64,000 nt of DNA, taken from a virus (lineage: Duplodnaviria > Caudoviricetes). This document shows positions 18,345 to 28,397 of the stretch, one piece after another (position 1 is the stretch's first letter; each line of letters opens with the position of its first letter). Under the pieces are notes generated by a model. It did no database searches, was not told the DNA's origin, and saw only the letters and a list, made by a program, of their open reading frames with translations. The stretch is taken from positions 32,001 to 96,000 of the IMG/VR virus record IMGVR_UViG_3300026549_000054; one strand, 5' to 3'. The translations under genes were made by a program, and so were the position numbers.

Positions 18345-20177
18345 TTAATAGTAATAACCCGCTAAACTATCGTTTTCTTTGAACTTTTTCGCCATTTCTT
18401 CGTGTTTTGGCGAGTTATAAGGGCATTTATCGTAATCTTCCATATCGGCTATACCATCCATTAAATACAAATTAGAATTAGTAATGTCTTCTGGGCAACC
18501 TTTAGGGAAGTGTTTCTCCAAATACTCTCTGTTATCGTAATCGTCATTTCTCAACCAATCAAAGTTGTCATAAGGAATACGAATACAATAAGCACCGTGT
18601 TCATTTGGCACATTCTTTTCTTCGTCCTTCAAATGAGCATATTCAGGCTTATATTGAAGTTCTTGTGTAAATGAACTGTAGTCTACGTGGTGGTGGATTC
18701 TTTCAAACTTGTAAATCATTGTCGCATATTGTGGATAAGTTTCAACAAGCAACTGTGATTTTGGAATAGTTCCACCAATGTCCTTAGAATAGAACACTTC
18801 TGTATTACCGCCCTTAACGGCCTGCGTGTGCATCTTGTCTGCCAACATACAGTTGAATTGAACAGTACACCAACCGTGACTTAGAACATCCAAAGACTGA
18901 ATAGTATCTTCGTTATATCTTCCACGCTGCATAATATATGGGCAGTTCAAATTCCACAAACCATAAGAATAAATACGGGTGTTAATGATTACAGGTGGGA
19001 TATGTTCTCCGCCGATAGCGAAGCATTCATAATTCAAACCTGCCAAACCAATGTTCGTAAATCGGTCAACGTATCGTTCGCAACTTCTAAAGATTTCAGG
19101 ACTATGAGAAATGACTCTGCGACCTCTCCAATATCTTGTGAATTGGTCGGTGTTGTCATCCAAAATCCAACACCAGTTTTGCTTCAAAGTATTTTTAGCA
19201 TAATCAGCTGCCCAGTTTCTTGCTGCACCAGGGCCAGTTACTGGCTTACCATTTCTAGGGTCAATCTTACTTCCCAAATCAGGGTTAATGACATCGTACT
19301 TGTCCTTATAACTCATATCCATTTGTAGAATAGTACAGTATGGACTTTCATTCAATTTACATTTAACATAATTGTCATAGTCCCAGTCTTCTACAACAAT
19401 GTAATGGTTTACTTGCATCTTTGTAAGCTGGTGAGAAATGTGGTTTTTAAATTCACCACTTCTTCCACGGGACACAACAAAGATAGGATATTTTGGCTGT
19501 TCACCACCCAACCAGCGAATACGATGCTTTGTGTGTTCTTGCCATTTCTGTATAGGGTACCAACAGTCTTCAGGGCTGATACCAAAACTTTGTTCAAAAA
19601 TTTCCATTAACTGTTCAAGAGAATAGTCCTTCTTTTTGAAATACATTTGAATTTTTGTGAAGGAGTATTCCTTGAAATTGAAAATGAACTCTGGCATATC
19701 TCGCCAGGAATCCCAATAATTCCAAGACTTTGCGTTGCGTGCTTTTAGATGTTTGTATTTGTTCTTGAATTTGAAATCTGGAAATCTTGCTTCTTCAGTG
19801 AAATTTGTCATTCGGTAGTCTTCAATTCTTTCGTGACACAAACCAATGTCATCAGATACCAAATTTCTTTTACGAGCATCAGCACAAATTCTCTTATACA
19901 ATTTATCCAAATCTTCCTGGCAACGAACTTGCGTACTGAACTTCCAATAACCAGTATCTGTAACTTCTAAATCAGTGTAATTCTTAACCATTACACCATC
20001 TTTGTTGAAAAATCGGTATTCTTCGTTACCATATTTCAACATACTGATTTTGAAACCAAATTCTTCGCAGAAATCTTTTAAAGTATCTGGCTTGATTTTC
20101 ATTGTTGCCATATCGTCTTTTGTTAAATATGGCTTACATTTCAACAATTCCAATAAGTCTTTTTTATTTGATTGCAT
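18345..20177 (-). CDS. GREB1/TET-associated-type (TAGT) DNA glycosyltransferase
   Basis: PKYPIFVVSRGR, GPGAARN, WILDDN, NTRIYS, RYNEDT, KGGNT and RIHHHVDY motifs. Confidence 0.75.
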   Translation of the reverse strand: MQSNKKDLLELLKCKPYLTKDDMATMKIKPDTLKDFCEEFGFKISMLKYGNEEYRFFNKDGVMVKNYTDLEVTDTGYWKFSTQVRCQEDLDKLYKRICADARKRNLVSDDIGLCHERIEDYRMTNFTEEARFPDFKFKNKYKHLKARNAKSWNYWDSWRDMPEFIFNFKEYSFTKIQMYFKKKDYSLEQLMEIFEQSFGISPEDCWYPIQKWQEHTKHRIRWLGGEQPKYPIFVVSRGRSGEFKNHISHQLTKMQVNHYIVVEDWDYDNYVKCKLNESPYCTILQMDMSYKDKYDVINPDLGSKIDPRNGKPVTGPGAARNWAADYAKNTLKQNWCWILDDNTDQFTRYWRGRRVISHSPEIFRSCERYVDRFTNIGLAGLNYECFAIGGEHIPPVIINTRIYSYGLWNLNCPYIMQRGRYNEDTIQSLDVLSHGWCTVQFNCMLADKMHTQAVKGGNTEVFYSKDIGGTIPKSQLLVETYPQYATMIYKFERIHHHVDYSSFTQELQYKPEYAHLKDEEKNVPNEHGAYCIRIPYDNFDWLRNDDYDNREYLEKHFPKGCPEDITNSNLYLMDGIADMEDYDKCPYNSPKHEEMAKKFKENDSLAGYYY

Positions 20178-20182
20178 ATAAA

Positions 20183-20509
20183 TTATTCCTCAAAATCTTT
20201 GGCAATTTTATCTAATCTTTTTTGATTATCTTTTGCTTTATATATAAGCGAACATCCTTCGCTGACTAATTCGCTAGTTAAACAATACAAATCATCAAAT
20301 TTTGTTCTAAATAATTTTCCACCTTCATAATCTTTTCTAATTATTATGTTATCATAATTGAGTATCTTTACAGAAATTTTAACTGCATCTGGACACTGGT
20401 AATAACCAAATTCATTCCAGTCATCTTTCTTAAAATCAAATTTATTCGCAATCCAACCGATGTTATAAAATGTCATCAGTAGTTCACTCAAATTGTATTT
20501 TCTATTCAT
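20183..20509 (-). CDS. DF-tail family small protein
   Basis: ends RLDKIAKDFEE*. Confidence 0.65.
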   Translation of the reverse strand: MNRKYNLSELLMTFYNIGWIANKFDFKKDDWNEFGYYQCPDAVKISVKILNYDNIIIRKDYEGGKLFRTKFDDLYCLTSELVSEGCSLIYKAKDNQKRLDKIAKDFEE

Positions 20510-20588
20510 ACACCAAAATATAGCAATAAAATAAAAAACCAGGAAAATTTTTATTTTTCCTGGTACTGTTAAAATTTATTTGTTCAGA

Positions 20589-21515
20589 TTAGTTTGTGCG
20601 ATAGCAGTAATATCCGCAATCAAGTGAAATTTCATCACCATCATAACGAGCCAAAAAATTAGCAGGACCATCTGCATCTATGATTGCTTCAGCAAGTTTA
20701 TTAAGGTTAATCAAGTTGTTTTTCTTAACAATTTCAGTAAATTGTTTCTTACCGAAGTTGTCAATATACCATTGAACGTCATCACCATCATAATAATCTT
20801 CAAGATATTTTTCAACGGCTTCGTCTTCATCTACATCACCAAATTCTTCTTGGTATCTTTCAGGTTCACTTTCGTGAATATCAGATACATAGTATTCAGC
20901 ATCTTCTTTCTTGGCATCTTCAAACCAACCAGTATCTACAAATTGTTCAATTCCACCAATGTTTTCAAAACGAATACCTTCAATGCCTACATCGTCAAAG
21001 AGTTCCTTACAATCTTCCTGAGCGGCTTCTTCTGCTTCGTCATAAGATTCGTAGCAATAGTATTCTTCATTACCAAATGTAACTTGAACAGCTAATTGAC
21101 CTGGACCTTCATTGTATTCTACTTCAGCATCGGCATAGTCATTACCTGTGTATTCAGCAAGTTCACGAACCATTGTCTTAATTTCGTCAGATTCACCTTC
21201 TAATGGGTCATCTTCAGTTTCTTCGTCATCTGGTTCTTCAGCTACATCTTCGTCTTCGGCTTCTTTCAAGATACGATAGCCAAAGGATTCGCAAACCTTC
21301 ATAGCTTCAGCAAGGTCGGAACCTTCAACTTCTTCTATGAACATATCTTTAACAATAGGGAACAAATCTCTATCATTAACTTCTTCATCCAAGTTAGCCT
21401 TTACATAAGCAAAACACTTCTGCAAGTTTGGTTCTCTGCCGTGTGTTTCACAAAATTCCTTATAGTCATTGACTAACAAATTAATCTCTGACATGTAACC
21501 TTCGTTAATTTTCAT
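20589..21515 (-). CDS. acidic late protein with internal LAEA..GY motif
   Basis: contains SDLAEAMKVCESFGYRILKE; TATAAATA at about 21548. Confidence 0.7.
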   Translation of the reverse strand: MKINEGYMSEINLLVNDYKEFCETHGREPNLQKCFAYVKANLDEEVNDRDLFPIVKDMFIEEVEGSDLAEAMKVCESFGYRILKEAEDEDVAEEPDDEETEDDPLEGESDEIKTMVRELAEYTGNDYADAEVEYNEGPGQLAVQVTFGNEEYYCYESYDEAEEAAQEDCKELFDDVGIEGIRFENIGGIEQFVDTGWFEDAKKEDAEYYVSDIHESEPERYQEEFGDVDEDEAVEKYLEDYYDGDDVQWYIDNFGKKQFTEIVKKNNLINLNKLAEAIIDADGPANFLARYDGDEISLDCGYYCYRTN

Positions 21516-21586
21516 AATAACTCCTTCCTATAAAATTCGTTTATAGTATTTATAAATTTTTAGAAGTCTGTACTTATTTTCGCTAT

Positions 21587-21976
21587 TCATATTCTATTCA
21601 AGTGCCTTTTGTAGATTAAATCTATATCATTACTGATAGCCTTCGCAGTTTCAATGATTTTATCTACATCTGATATATCGTATTTCTTCAGTTTCTTTTT
21701 GTTTGTTTTGTGTTTTTTGATTAGTTTTTCCAAATTACCGCCATGATGAACAAAATAATTAGTAGCTTTTGAATGCAAATAAGGACTAATTCCGAACCCC
21801 TTTTGAGTACAATTCTTTTTATTTGCTATTTTTTCAGGAGCAAAACCCCAAGTTAAAATAAGATTTGGTAGTATTTTAGAAGGGGTATTATTTAAAAAAT
21901 AATTTAATGGCAATTCTTGTTTTATGTAGTCTTTAATTTCCTTTCGCATAGTTCTTGTAATACACTCCAAGTTCAC
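21587..21976 (-). CDS. basic hypothetical protein (start probably 21949)
   Basis: ORF within the gene run. Confidence 0.55.
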   Translation of the reverse strand: MNLECITRTMRKEIKDYIKQELPLNYFLNNTPSKILPNLILTWGFAPEKIANKKNCTQKGFGISPYLHSKATNYFVHHGGNLEKLIKKHKTNKKKLKKYDISDVDKIIETAKAISNDIDLIYKRHLNRI

Positions 21977-22547
21977 AAATTTTATCCAAAGTATTAGTTA
22001 AGTTATTCAATCGTTCTTCAATCTTATCATTCTTTTCTTTTAGGACTTTAACTGCCAATCTTTCTTCTTCCAAATTGTGCTTATGGATTTCCAAATCCTT
22101 ATTCTTCGCATCAATTTCGTCTTTCTGTTTGGCTATAATTCCATTCAACTTTGTGATTTCATCCAAACCGTGAGAAGTATTAACATTCTGTCTTAAAATG
22201 GTTTCGGACTGGTTCTTGATAAGTTCATTCTTTTCTGCCAATTCTTGTACTGTCTTTGCAGTTTGGATTTTGTATTCACAAATTGTTTCTGTATTTTCTT
22301 TGATTATATTTTCTTTCTTAATGAGTTCGCCTTGAAGAACGTCCATATCCTTCTTTAGAGCAGCCGTATCTTCAGCATACTTTGTTTTAAGATTTTCAAG
22401 TTCTTCTTTGGCTGTGCTATACCATTTTACAATTTCATCAAGTGCTTCATCCACATATTTTGCTTCATAAGCATCAATCGTAACTGTTTTACCCGCAGGC
22501 CAAACTTTTCTAGTAACTTCAATTTTGTTTAATTCTTCGTATTTCAT
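21933..22547 (-). CDS. coiled-coil protein
   Basis: heptad-rich K/E sequence; GAGG RBS. Confidence 0.7.
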   Translation of the reverse strand: MKYEELNKIEVTRKVWPAGKTVTIDAYEAKYVDEALDEIVKWYSTAKEELENLKTKYAEDTAALKKDMDVLQGELIKKENIIKENTETICEYKIQTAKTVQELAEKNELIKNQSETILRQNVNTSHGLDEITKLNGIIAKQKDEIDAKNKDLEIHKHNLEEERLAVKVLKEKNDKIEERLNNLTNTLDKICELGVYYKNYAKGN

Positions 22548-22559
22548 TAAATCACCTCA

Positions 22560-23111
22560 CTAAAAATCATTGTTTATATTTATAATTTTGGTTATCTGAT
22601 TTTGGATTTTAGTTTTTGTTTCTTTACGAAGTTGCTTAATTTCTTCTTCTTTCCTGTTAATTAAAGCCATCGTTTTCAATAAATTTTTAACTTCAGGTTT
22701 CTTATAAAATTCTACAACTTCTTTATATGTTGTTTCCATTTCAGTTAATTTGTTATCCAAATCTTCTAAACTATTTACTGGTTTCCAATCCCACTGAATA
22801 TCTTGGAAATCCTGAATTTCTTGAAGTTTAGGTGGCATACAGATGTCTTTGATAAAACCATCACTTATCCTTAGAACTGAAAAATCATTTGGAACATTTA
22901 CTACTTTCTTCGCAAAAGCCAAATTCTTAAACTTAGAAAACTTCACATATTCATCATCGCCATAATTAGCCTGAAAATTGTACATATCTCCCTTATACTT
23001 CTTATCCAAAATTTGTATGAATTTCGTATAATTAACCTGTACATTATGTTTGGCAAGTATTTCGTCTACTTGCTTACACATATCCCAATCAAATTTAATT
23101 ACATTTATCAT
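22560..23111 (-). CDS. DF-tail family protein (array A)
   Basis: ends KIININNDF*. Confidence 0.7.
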   Translation of the reverse strand: MINVIKFDWDMCKQVDEILAKHNVQVNYTKFIQILDKKYKGDMYNFQANYGDDEYVKFSKFKNLAFAKKVVNVPNDFSVLRISDGFIKDICMPPKLQEIQDFQDIQWDWKPVNSLEDLDNKLTEMETTYKEVVEFYKKPEVKNLLKTMALINRKEEEIKQLRKETKTKIQNQITKIININNDF

Positions 23112-23413
23112 TTGAAGTCCTCCTTTAATTTTTCAGTTCGTTTTTGTTCTTTAATTTGTTTGAACCATAAAGATTTTCTATCAAAAAATGCTCTTAATTT
23201 ATCTTCTTTATTAAACAGTGTAAAACCATCTATATTAGCTGTGTCATCTTTTTCAGGAATAAAATGGTAATCTTCCCCATAAGGATTTGAAATATAATCA
23301 AAATATCCAATTCGTTCACCCATAAAATAAACACCACTGGAAATTGAAATCTTCAGTGAATAATCACCAAATACTTTAAACAGTTCCTTCATCGTCATCA
23401 GTAAAATCCTCAT
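23108..23413 (-). CDS. DF-tail family protein (array A)
   Basis: ends RTEKLKEDFK*. Confidence 0.65.
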   Translation of the reverse strand: MRILLMTMKELFKVFGDYSLKISISSGVYFMGERIGYFDYISNPYGEDYHFIPEKDDTANIDGFTLFNKEDKLRAFFDRKSLWFKQIKEQKRTEKLKEDFK

Positions 23414-23720
23414 TCAGTTCTCTTATTTTCAATTCCTGTTTGTATTTCTTATATACAAGGTCAAATTCCATAAATTTTAATCTGCAAAATTCGTAACAAT
23501 CACCATTAGTTCCGAAAATCAAAGTATAAACTAAACCATTCTTGTCTATACCAGTTAAATATGAATTTAAATCATAAGTTCCATTAGTACACCTGAAATC
23601 AAATACATCTGGAACATTATGGTTTATAATTGGCATTGACAAAGTAATAGAATTTGTATACTTGTTTTTTAACAAATTAAATTCTTCTGCCAATTTAATT
23701 ATATCATCATAGTTAATCAA
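23376..23720 (-). CDS. DF-tail family protein (array A)
   Basis: KIRELNEDF followed by a short extension. Confidence 0.65.
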   Translation of the reverse strand: MINYDDIIKLAEEFNLLKNKYTNSITLSMPIINHNVPDVFDFRCTNGTYDLNSYLTGIDKNGLVYTLIFGTNGDCYEFCRLKFMEFDLVYKKYKQELKIRELNEDFTDDDEGTV

Positions 23721-23976
23721 AGTCGCTCTCCATTTTCCCGAGTTTCTTCCAAAGTAGTCTTTGCTTTAATTCTAACATTTTATCGTTTAAATACTCTTTT
23801 AAACTTTCTTCTTTTGTTGTTGCTATTACACCCTTATCAGTATACAAAAATGTTTTCTGTCCACTTGAAGAAAAATCGCAAATACAATAATCACCTGACA
23901 TGGCTTGATAAAATATATCTTTCTTTACTTTCAAACCATATTCTTCACATATTCGTAAAAATGATGGTAGTGTCAT
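23713..23976 (-). CDS. DF-tail family protein (array A)
   Basis: ends KLGKMESDFD*. Confidence 0.7.
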   Translation of the reverse strand: MTLPSFLRICEEYGLKVKKDIFYQAMSGDYCICDFSSSGQKTFLYTDKGVIATTKEESLKEYLNDKMLELKQRLLWKKLGKMESDFD

Positions 23977-24365
23977 TCAAAGTCCTTCTTCATACTCACA
24001 ATTCGTTTGTTCGCACCAAACTGTTTCTTGTAAAGAGAAAACTGACTATATGTTTCAATCAGATTCTTACAATGTTTCCTTAGTTCTTTAAGACTCCAAA
24101 TTTCTTCTGCTTCATCATCACCACCCCACATAATTTTCAAATTATTACTGTGGCTGTTATATTCTAATTTCATACAAGTTCGGCAAAAGGCATAATCGTC
24201 TGATGGGTCATATAAGAACACAGGACAATAGTAACCATCTTCGTCCTTGATTTTCGTGCCAGGAAAAGTTGCTACATAACAATCGTGTGATTTATCAAAT
24301 TTATAACTCAGCTTAAGTTCTGTGGCTAATTTTTTAAGACTGTCTTTGTTAATTTCATCGTTCAT
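23973..24365 (-). CDS. DF-tail family protein (array A)
   Basis: ends RIVSMKKDFE*. Confidence 0.7.
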   Translation of the reverse strand: MNDEINKDSLKKLATELKLSYKFDKSHDCYVATFPGTKIKDEDGYYCPVFLYDPSDDYAFCRTCMKLEYNSHSNNLKIMWGGDDEAEEIWSLKELRKHCKNLIETYSQFSLYKKQFGANKRIVSMKKDFE

Positions 24366-24631
24366 TCAAAGTCTCTCTCCATTTTTAAAATCTTTCTTTC
24401 TAATTCTTGTTGTTTCAAATATATCAAAATTTCATTTAACCATTCTCTACAGGCACTTTCCGTACTTGTAGCATAATAATATCCGTCCTCATCCAACACA
24501 TAAATTAAACCAGTACTCAATAAGTACATTACAACTCTACCGCGATAACAAGCAATAGGGTCACCATTAATCGGGTCCATTCTCAATTCAAATCCATATT
24601 CCTCAACAAGTTTATTAAATACTTTTTTCAT
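24362..24631 (-). CDS. DF-tail family protein (array A)
   Basis: ends KILKMERDFE*. Confidence 0.7.
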   Translation of the reverse strand: MKKVFNKLVEEYGFELRMDPINGDPIACYRGRVVMYLLSTGLIYVLDEDGYYYATSTESACREWLNEILIYLKQQELERKILKMERDFE

Positions 24632-24900
24632 TTGAAATCACTCTCCAATGCCTGTTCCTTAAAATGTACTTTCCACTTCTTAATTATTGGAATATATGCT
24701 TTAACACATTCTTCAGCAAATTTTATATCTTCTGTTTGTTCATACATTCTGGTTTTAGTGTTATACACAATCAAACCGTTAAATCCAGCTTCAATAACAT
24801 AATAATTACAGTATTTTCCTAATGTTTCTTGTCTTCTGTGTTCTATTACTAAGCCAAATTTAGCACTTAATTCGTGTACTGTCTGTTCCCATTTAGTCAA
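24628..24900 (-). CDS. DF-tail family protein (array A)
   Basis: ends KEQALESDFK*. Confidence 0.7.
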   Translation of the reverse strand: MTKWEQTVHELSAKFGLVIEHRRQETLGKYCNYYVIEAGFNGLIVYNTKTRMYEQTEDIKFAEECVKAYIPIIKKWKVHFKEQALESDFK

Positions 24901-25141
24901 AATCTTGCCCCAGTTGATATAGTCTTTTTTCGTTCTTTTCTGCTTTAATTTTCCTTAGACATTCACCAATCCGTAATCTTGCTTCTTCTTTAGTTCCAAC
25001 AAACTTTTTCATTAAACGATTAGTTCGGATATAAATTGTGTTATACATTAGGGACATCACGTATGTATCGTCATAAGTGGCATATTTTATTACACCATCT
25101 TCAACTGTCAATCCAAATTCACTAACCAATTCTTCAAACAA
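24893..25141 (-). CDS. DF-tail family protein (array A)
   Basis: ends RLYQLGQDFD*. Confidence 0.7.
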   Translation of the reverse strand: MFEELVSEFGLTVEDGVIKYATYDDTYVMSLMYNTIYIRTNRLMKKFVGTKEEARLRIGECLRKIKAEKNEKRLYQLGQDFD

Positions 25142-25412
25142 AATCTGCCTCCATTTTTCTCAATCTTTCTTTCCCAAGTTCTTTCTTAAATTCCAACTCC
25201 GCCCTAGCAATATAAGCTAAACACTTTTCTAATTTATCCACTGCATCATCCAAATTATCTGCGTATTGAAATCCAAAATCCGAACCTAACCAAATACTTA
25301 AACTATTTGTTCCAGGAAAATATAACATAACTGCATAGCCTAAATAACGAGCCACATTATTCTCTACTTCAAACTTGTGTTCATTACTTAGTTTTTCAAA
25401 AATTTCTTTCAT
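25134..25412 (-). CDS. DF-tail family protein (array A)
   Basis: ends RLRKMEADFV*. Confidence 0.7.
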   Translation of the reverse strand: MKEIFEKLSNEHKFEVENNVARYLGYAVMLYFPGTNSLSIWLGSDFGFQYADNLDDAVDKLEKCLAYIARAELEFKKELGKERLRKMEADFV

Positions 25413-25678
25413 TAGAAATCCTTCGCAATCTTCTTCAGTTTAATTTCTAATTCTTCTTTTTTAGTTTCTATAATAGTGTTTTTCAAAATTACTTCTATAT
25501 CAGATTTTAAATCCATATAATTACTAAAATTATGACCCATCCATACTGAAACTTTACCATCGGAATTATCATACATCAATACAACTAAATCCTTATAAAT
25601 GCAGTAAATGTAATTTTCCTGTCTCTCGGCTTTCAATCCATAAGATATAACAAGTTCATTAAGTTCATTATTAGTCAT
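25412..25678 (-). CDS. DF-tail family protein (array A)
   Basis: MTNNELNELV...KLKKIAKDF*; start moved to the ATG after GGAG. Confidence 0.65.
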   Translation of the reverse strand: MTNNELNELVISYGLKAERQENYIYCIYKDLVVLMYDNSDGKVSVWMGHNFSNYMDLKSDIEVILKNTIIETKKEELEIKLKKIAKDF

Positions 25679-25689
25679 AACTGACATTT

Positions 25690-26210
25690 CTCCATAGAAA
25701 ATTAAAAATTTTATAAGCGCAGATTTTTTTCTAACACCCATTTTCCTATAATATAGAAACTTTCCTATAACTTAGCAATATACAGAAAACACATTTTTTC
25801 CATAGAATACTTCATTTTTATAAGTGCTGATTTTTTTATTTTGCCCATATAGAGCGAAAAAGAGAACTGTTGCCTTAGCAACCCTAATTGGGTATTTTTC
25901 AGTACTTCTAGACCGAATTTTTGTATCAGATTTTTTTCAGATGCCACCCAGATTAAGAAACTGACGACTGATTTTTGATAGAGCTTTGGTTCGCCACCAT
26001 TCGCCCATACACCCCCTATATGCCCTTAATACAAATTTTCAGACCCATCTGACATCCATCCTGCGAAAAATATGCCCAAAAACGGGCATTTTTGGGTCAT
26101 TTTTGGGGTCTAGGAAATGACATATTTAGGGTCCCATTTTGGGTTGTATTTTATGACATACGCACTTTCGGCAGTTCAACTGGGTCAGCTCGGGACTGTC
26201 AGTAGGACCT
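25690..26210. other. non-coding A/T-tract element at a local GC-skew switch (origin- or terminus-like)
   Basis: no credible ORF; repeated GATTTTTTT tracts, CCCCCTATA, TTTTGGG repeats; C-rich left flank and G-rich right flank. Confidence 0.4.
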
Positions 26211-26537
26211 TTAGAAGTCGGACTGGAGGCGGTCTTGTCGGCGTTGAATCTCAAATTCTTTCAGTTCCTTGACCAGACGATTGAACTTCAAACACATTAA
26301 CTTGAAAAGTTTAGGGCTAAATTGAGAGACTGAGAACAAAAAGATATGTTGATTATCTCTATCAATGTTAGCGGGCATATATAGGGAATCTTTAATTATA
26401 TTATATTCTAGGATAAAAAAACCTTGAACATATTTAGAAGGTATGATGGCATTGATAATATATTGGGTTTGAAGGTTAATAGTAAGGTTATATTCCTTAC
26501 ATAGTGAATAGAATAGTTCTTTATTTGAAATCTTCAT
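26211..26537 (-). CDS. DF-tail family protein (array A)
   Basis: MKISNKELF...RQDRLQSDF*. Confidence 0.65.
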   Translation of the reverse strand: MKISNKELFYSLCKEYNLTINLQTQYIINAIIPSKYVQGFFILEYNIIKDSLYMPANIDRDNQHIFLFSVSQFSPKLFKLMCLKFNRLVKELKEFEIQRRQDRLQSDF

Positions 26538-26838
26538 TTGCTTTTTCAATTCGTTTCCTCTCAATAATACCTTTAAGGAATAAAACGGCTTCATTTATAA
26601 TAGGGATGGCCTTATCAACAGACTTAGTATCTGTATGGAAGAATTCGGGAGAACCCCAACGAAGTATATGAATTTTATTAGTAACTTGGAATACAGGTTT
26701 ACCTTTATAGAAACCTGTATAGGTATGTTCATAATTATATAATGGACGAACTGTGTCTTTAACTTCTGTAACATAGGGACGCAGTTTATCAACTACTTCT
26801 TCTGCATTGAAGGTATAATTTAATTTAGAAGTCCGCAT
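26521..26838 (-). CDS. DF-tail family protein (array A)
   Basis: ends RIEKANEDFK*. Confidence 0.65.
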   Translation of the reverse strand: MRTSKLNYTFNAEEVVDKLRPYVTEVKDTVRPLYNYEHTYTGFYKGKPVFQVTNKIHILRWGSPEFFHTDTKSVDKAIPIINEAVLFLKGIIERKRIEKANEDFK

Positions 26839-27139
26839 TTATTTGTGTTATCCTCAATAGGTTATCAAATTCTTTTATATTTCTCAAAGTGGTAGATAAG
26901 GCTTTTAGGGCGGGCTTTTCGGATTTATAAGTCTTTGTAGTCCAATCGGCCCATACCTTAAGTTTACCTTCACTATCATATTTTTTATGGTTATTGATGA
27001 TATGAATGGTTATATCTTTATCTGCCTTATTATAATAAAACAGATAGTAATTAGGGTCCTTATATCTACCTTCAATAGAATAATTTGTTTCATTAACAAT
27101 AGGTACTAAAGCTTTAAATTTATCTACATTAGCAATCAT
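26825..27139 (-). CDS. DF-tail family protein (array A)
   Basis: ends RITQINADF*. Confidence 0.65.
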   Translation of the reverse strand: MIANVDKFKALVPIVNETNYSIEGRYKDPNYYLFYYNKADKDITIHIINNHKKYDSEGKLKVWADWTTKTYKSEKPALKALSTTLRNIKEFDNLLRITQINADF

Positions 27140-27449
27140 CTTGAATTCTCTTAAGTTTTTCGTGATAACCAGGAAATTTAAGTTCTAGGAAAGTATCTTT
27201 GATTTTAGGTAATAAACGGCGGACATCAAAGAAGTTCTTACAGACTTCAAAATCCCATTCAAGTTCATTAAAGTCTTTTATATAATTAACACCCATAATA
27301 TGTTCACCGAAATAAGTAAACATTGTATAATTATAGTTACTGATTGAATGATTCAAGTGCCCGATTATCCAGCCACCTTGGGTTTTAAATTCCATATAAG
27401 GACTAAGTAAATCTTTTACTTTCTTCCATTCAAGTTCTTTAAAAGTCAT
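27129..27449 (-). CDS. DF-tail family variant (array A)
   Basis: ends KLKRIQDDC*. Confidence 0.6.
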   Translation of the reverse strand: MTFKELEWKKVKDLLSPYMEFKTQGGWIIGHLNHSISNYNYTMFTYFGEHIMGVNYIKDFNELEWDFEVCKNFFDVRRLLPKIKDTFLELKFPGYHEKLKRIQDDC

Positions 27450-27798
27450 CTTTAATCTTCTTCAATCGTTTAGATTCTAAGTGTCTTTTATAGTTTCGTT
27501 CAAATCGGGATAGTTTAGCGAGAAGATAATCTAACTTTCTGTAAGCTTCTTCTATGGTTGTATACTTACCCCAACCAATACAGGCTATATCGGAATCACC
27601 CGGAGTGTATTCAAAGTCATTTACAATTAAGAAGTTATTATGGTCATCAATCTTAACTGTGTAACCATAGAACTCTAGGCCTGACGGGAAATTATAACAA
27701 TTCCAACCATCAATCTTACTCAATGAATACTTTAGAACACAAGCATTCAACAGCTCTTGTGCAGTAAGTGTGTCCTTAGCCATAGTTAGTATCTCCAT
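27439..27798 (-). CDS. DF-tail family protein (array A)
   Basis: ends RLKKIKDDF*. Confidence 0.7.
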   Translation of the reverse strand: MEILTMAKDTLTAQELLNACVLKYSLSKIDGWNCYNFPSGLEFYGYTVKIDDHNNFLIVNDFEYTPGDSDIACIGWGKYTTIEEAYRKLDYLLAKLSRFERNYKRHLESKRLKKIKDDF

Positions 27799-27829
27799 AT
27801 CCCCAGGTTTACTGGGGCTTGTACGTCAA

Positions 27830-28318
27830 TTACTGTAGATTACTGACAATCTCGTCAAACATTCCGTCAATGGATTTGGCTTTAGAGAACAGTACAGAAT
27901 GTCCACCTGCCTCACGGTAGTTCGTTACATTCTTTTCCTTATCGTCAATTAGGATAGAATCGGGCGTAGCTTCTTTATGCTTAAAATTACCATTGTTGAT
28001 AATCTTAATAAGCTCTGCCGGAATGAATGGAGCATACTTCTTTAACCAAGCTTTCTTTCCACTCTTACCTTCCCAAAGGTGAACTGCAGAGAAGATACCA
28101 ACCTCAATGTCGGGATTCTCTTTAACATATTCTTCAACCTTCTTCAAGAGCATAAGGCCCTCTGGGATTGGCTTCATATCACTCCAAAATGACGGACCAA
28201 TCTCCTTCATCTTATTCCAATTACACTTATGAACATCGGGTTTCCAACATTCAAGTTCGTCACAACGGCCCTCAAAATCACAAAGCACACCGTCCATATC
28301 AAAGTAAATCGTTTTCAT
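27830..28318 (-). CDS. HAD-family 5'(3')-deoxyribonucleotidase
   Basis: IYFDMDGVLCDF, K.AWL and ILIDD motifs. Confidence 0.85.
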   Translation of the reverse strand: MKTIYFDMDGVLCDFEGRCDELECWKPDVHKCNWNKMKEIGPSFWSDMKPIPEGLMLLKKVEEYVKENPDIEVGIFSAVHLWEGKSGKKAWLKKYAPFIPAELIKIINNGNFKHKEATPDSILIDDKEKNVTNYREAGGHSVLFSKAKSIDGMFDEIVSNLQ

Positions 28319-28341
28319 TTAAACCTCTTTTTTATATAACA

Positions 28342-28397
28342 AATATAGATTATTTTGCGGTATTTGTCAATTAAAGTTATGTAAACTTTTATAAACA
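28342..28397 (-). promoter_or_regulatory. sigma70-type promoter with degenerate TGTAAA box
   Basis: TTGACA (28370-28365)-17 nt-TATATT; box 9 nt upstream of -35. Confidence 0.75.

Noticed and set aside
25765-25947. 60-aa ORF inside the non-coding element
   Set aside because: No RBS, low-complexity translation of A tracts, and no DF tail unlike all its neighbours.
22560-27798. CRISPR array or integron attC cassettes in the DF arrays
   Set aside because: No repeated nucleotide unit separates the genes; they overlap or abut, and the repetition is at the peptide level.
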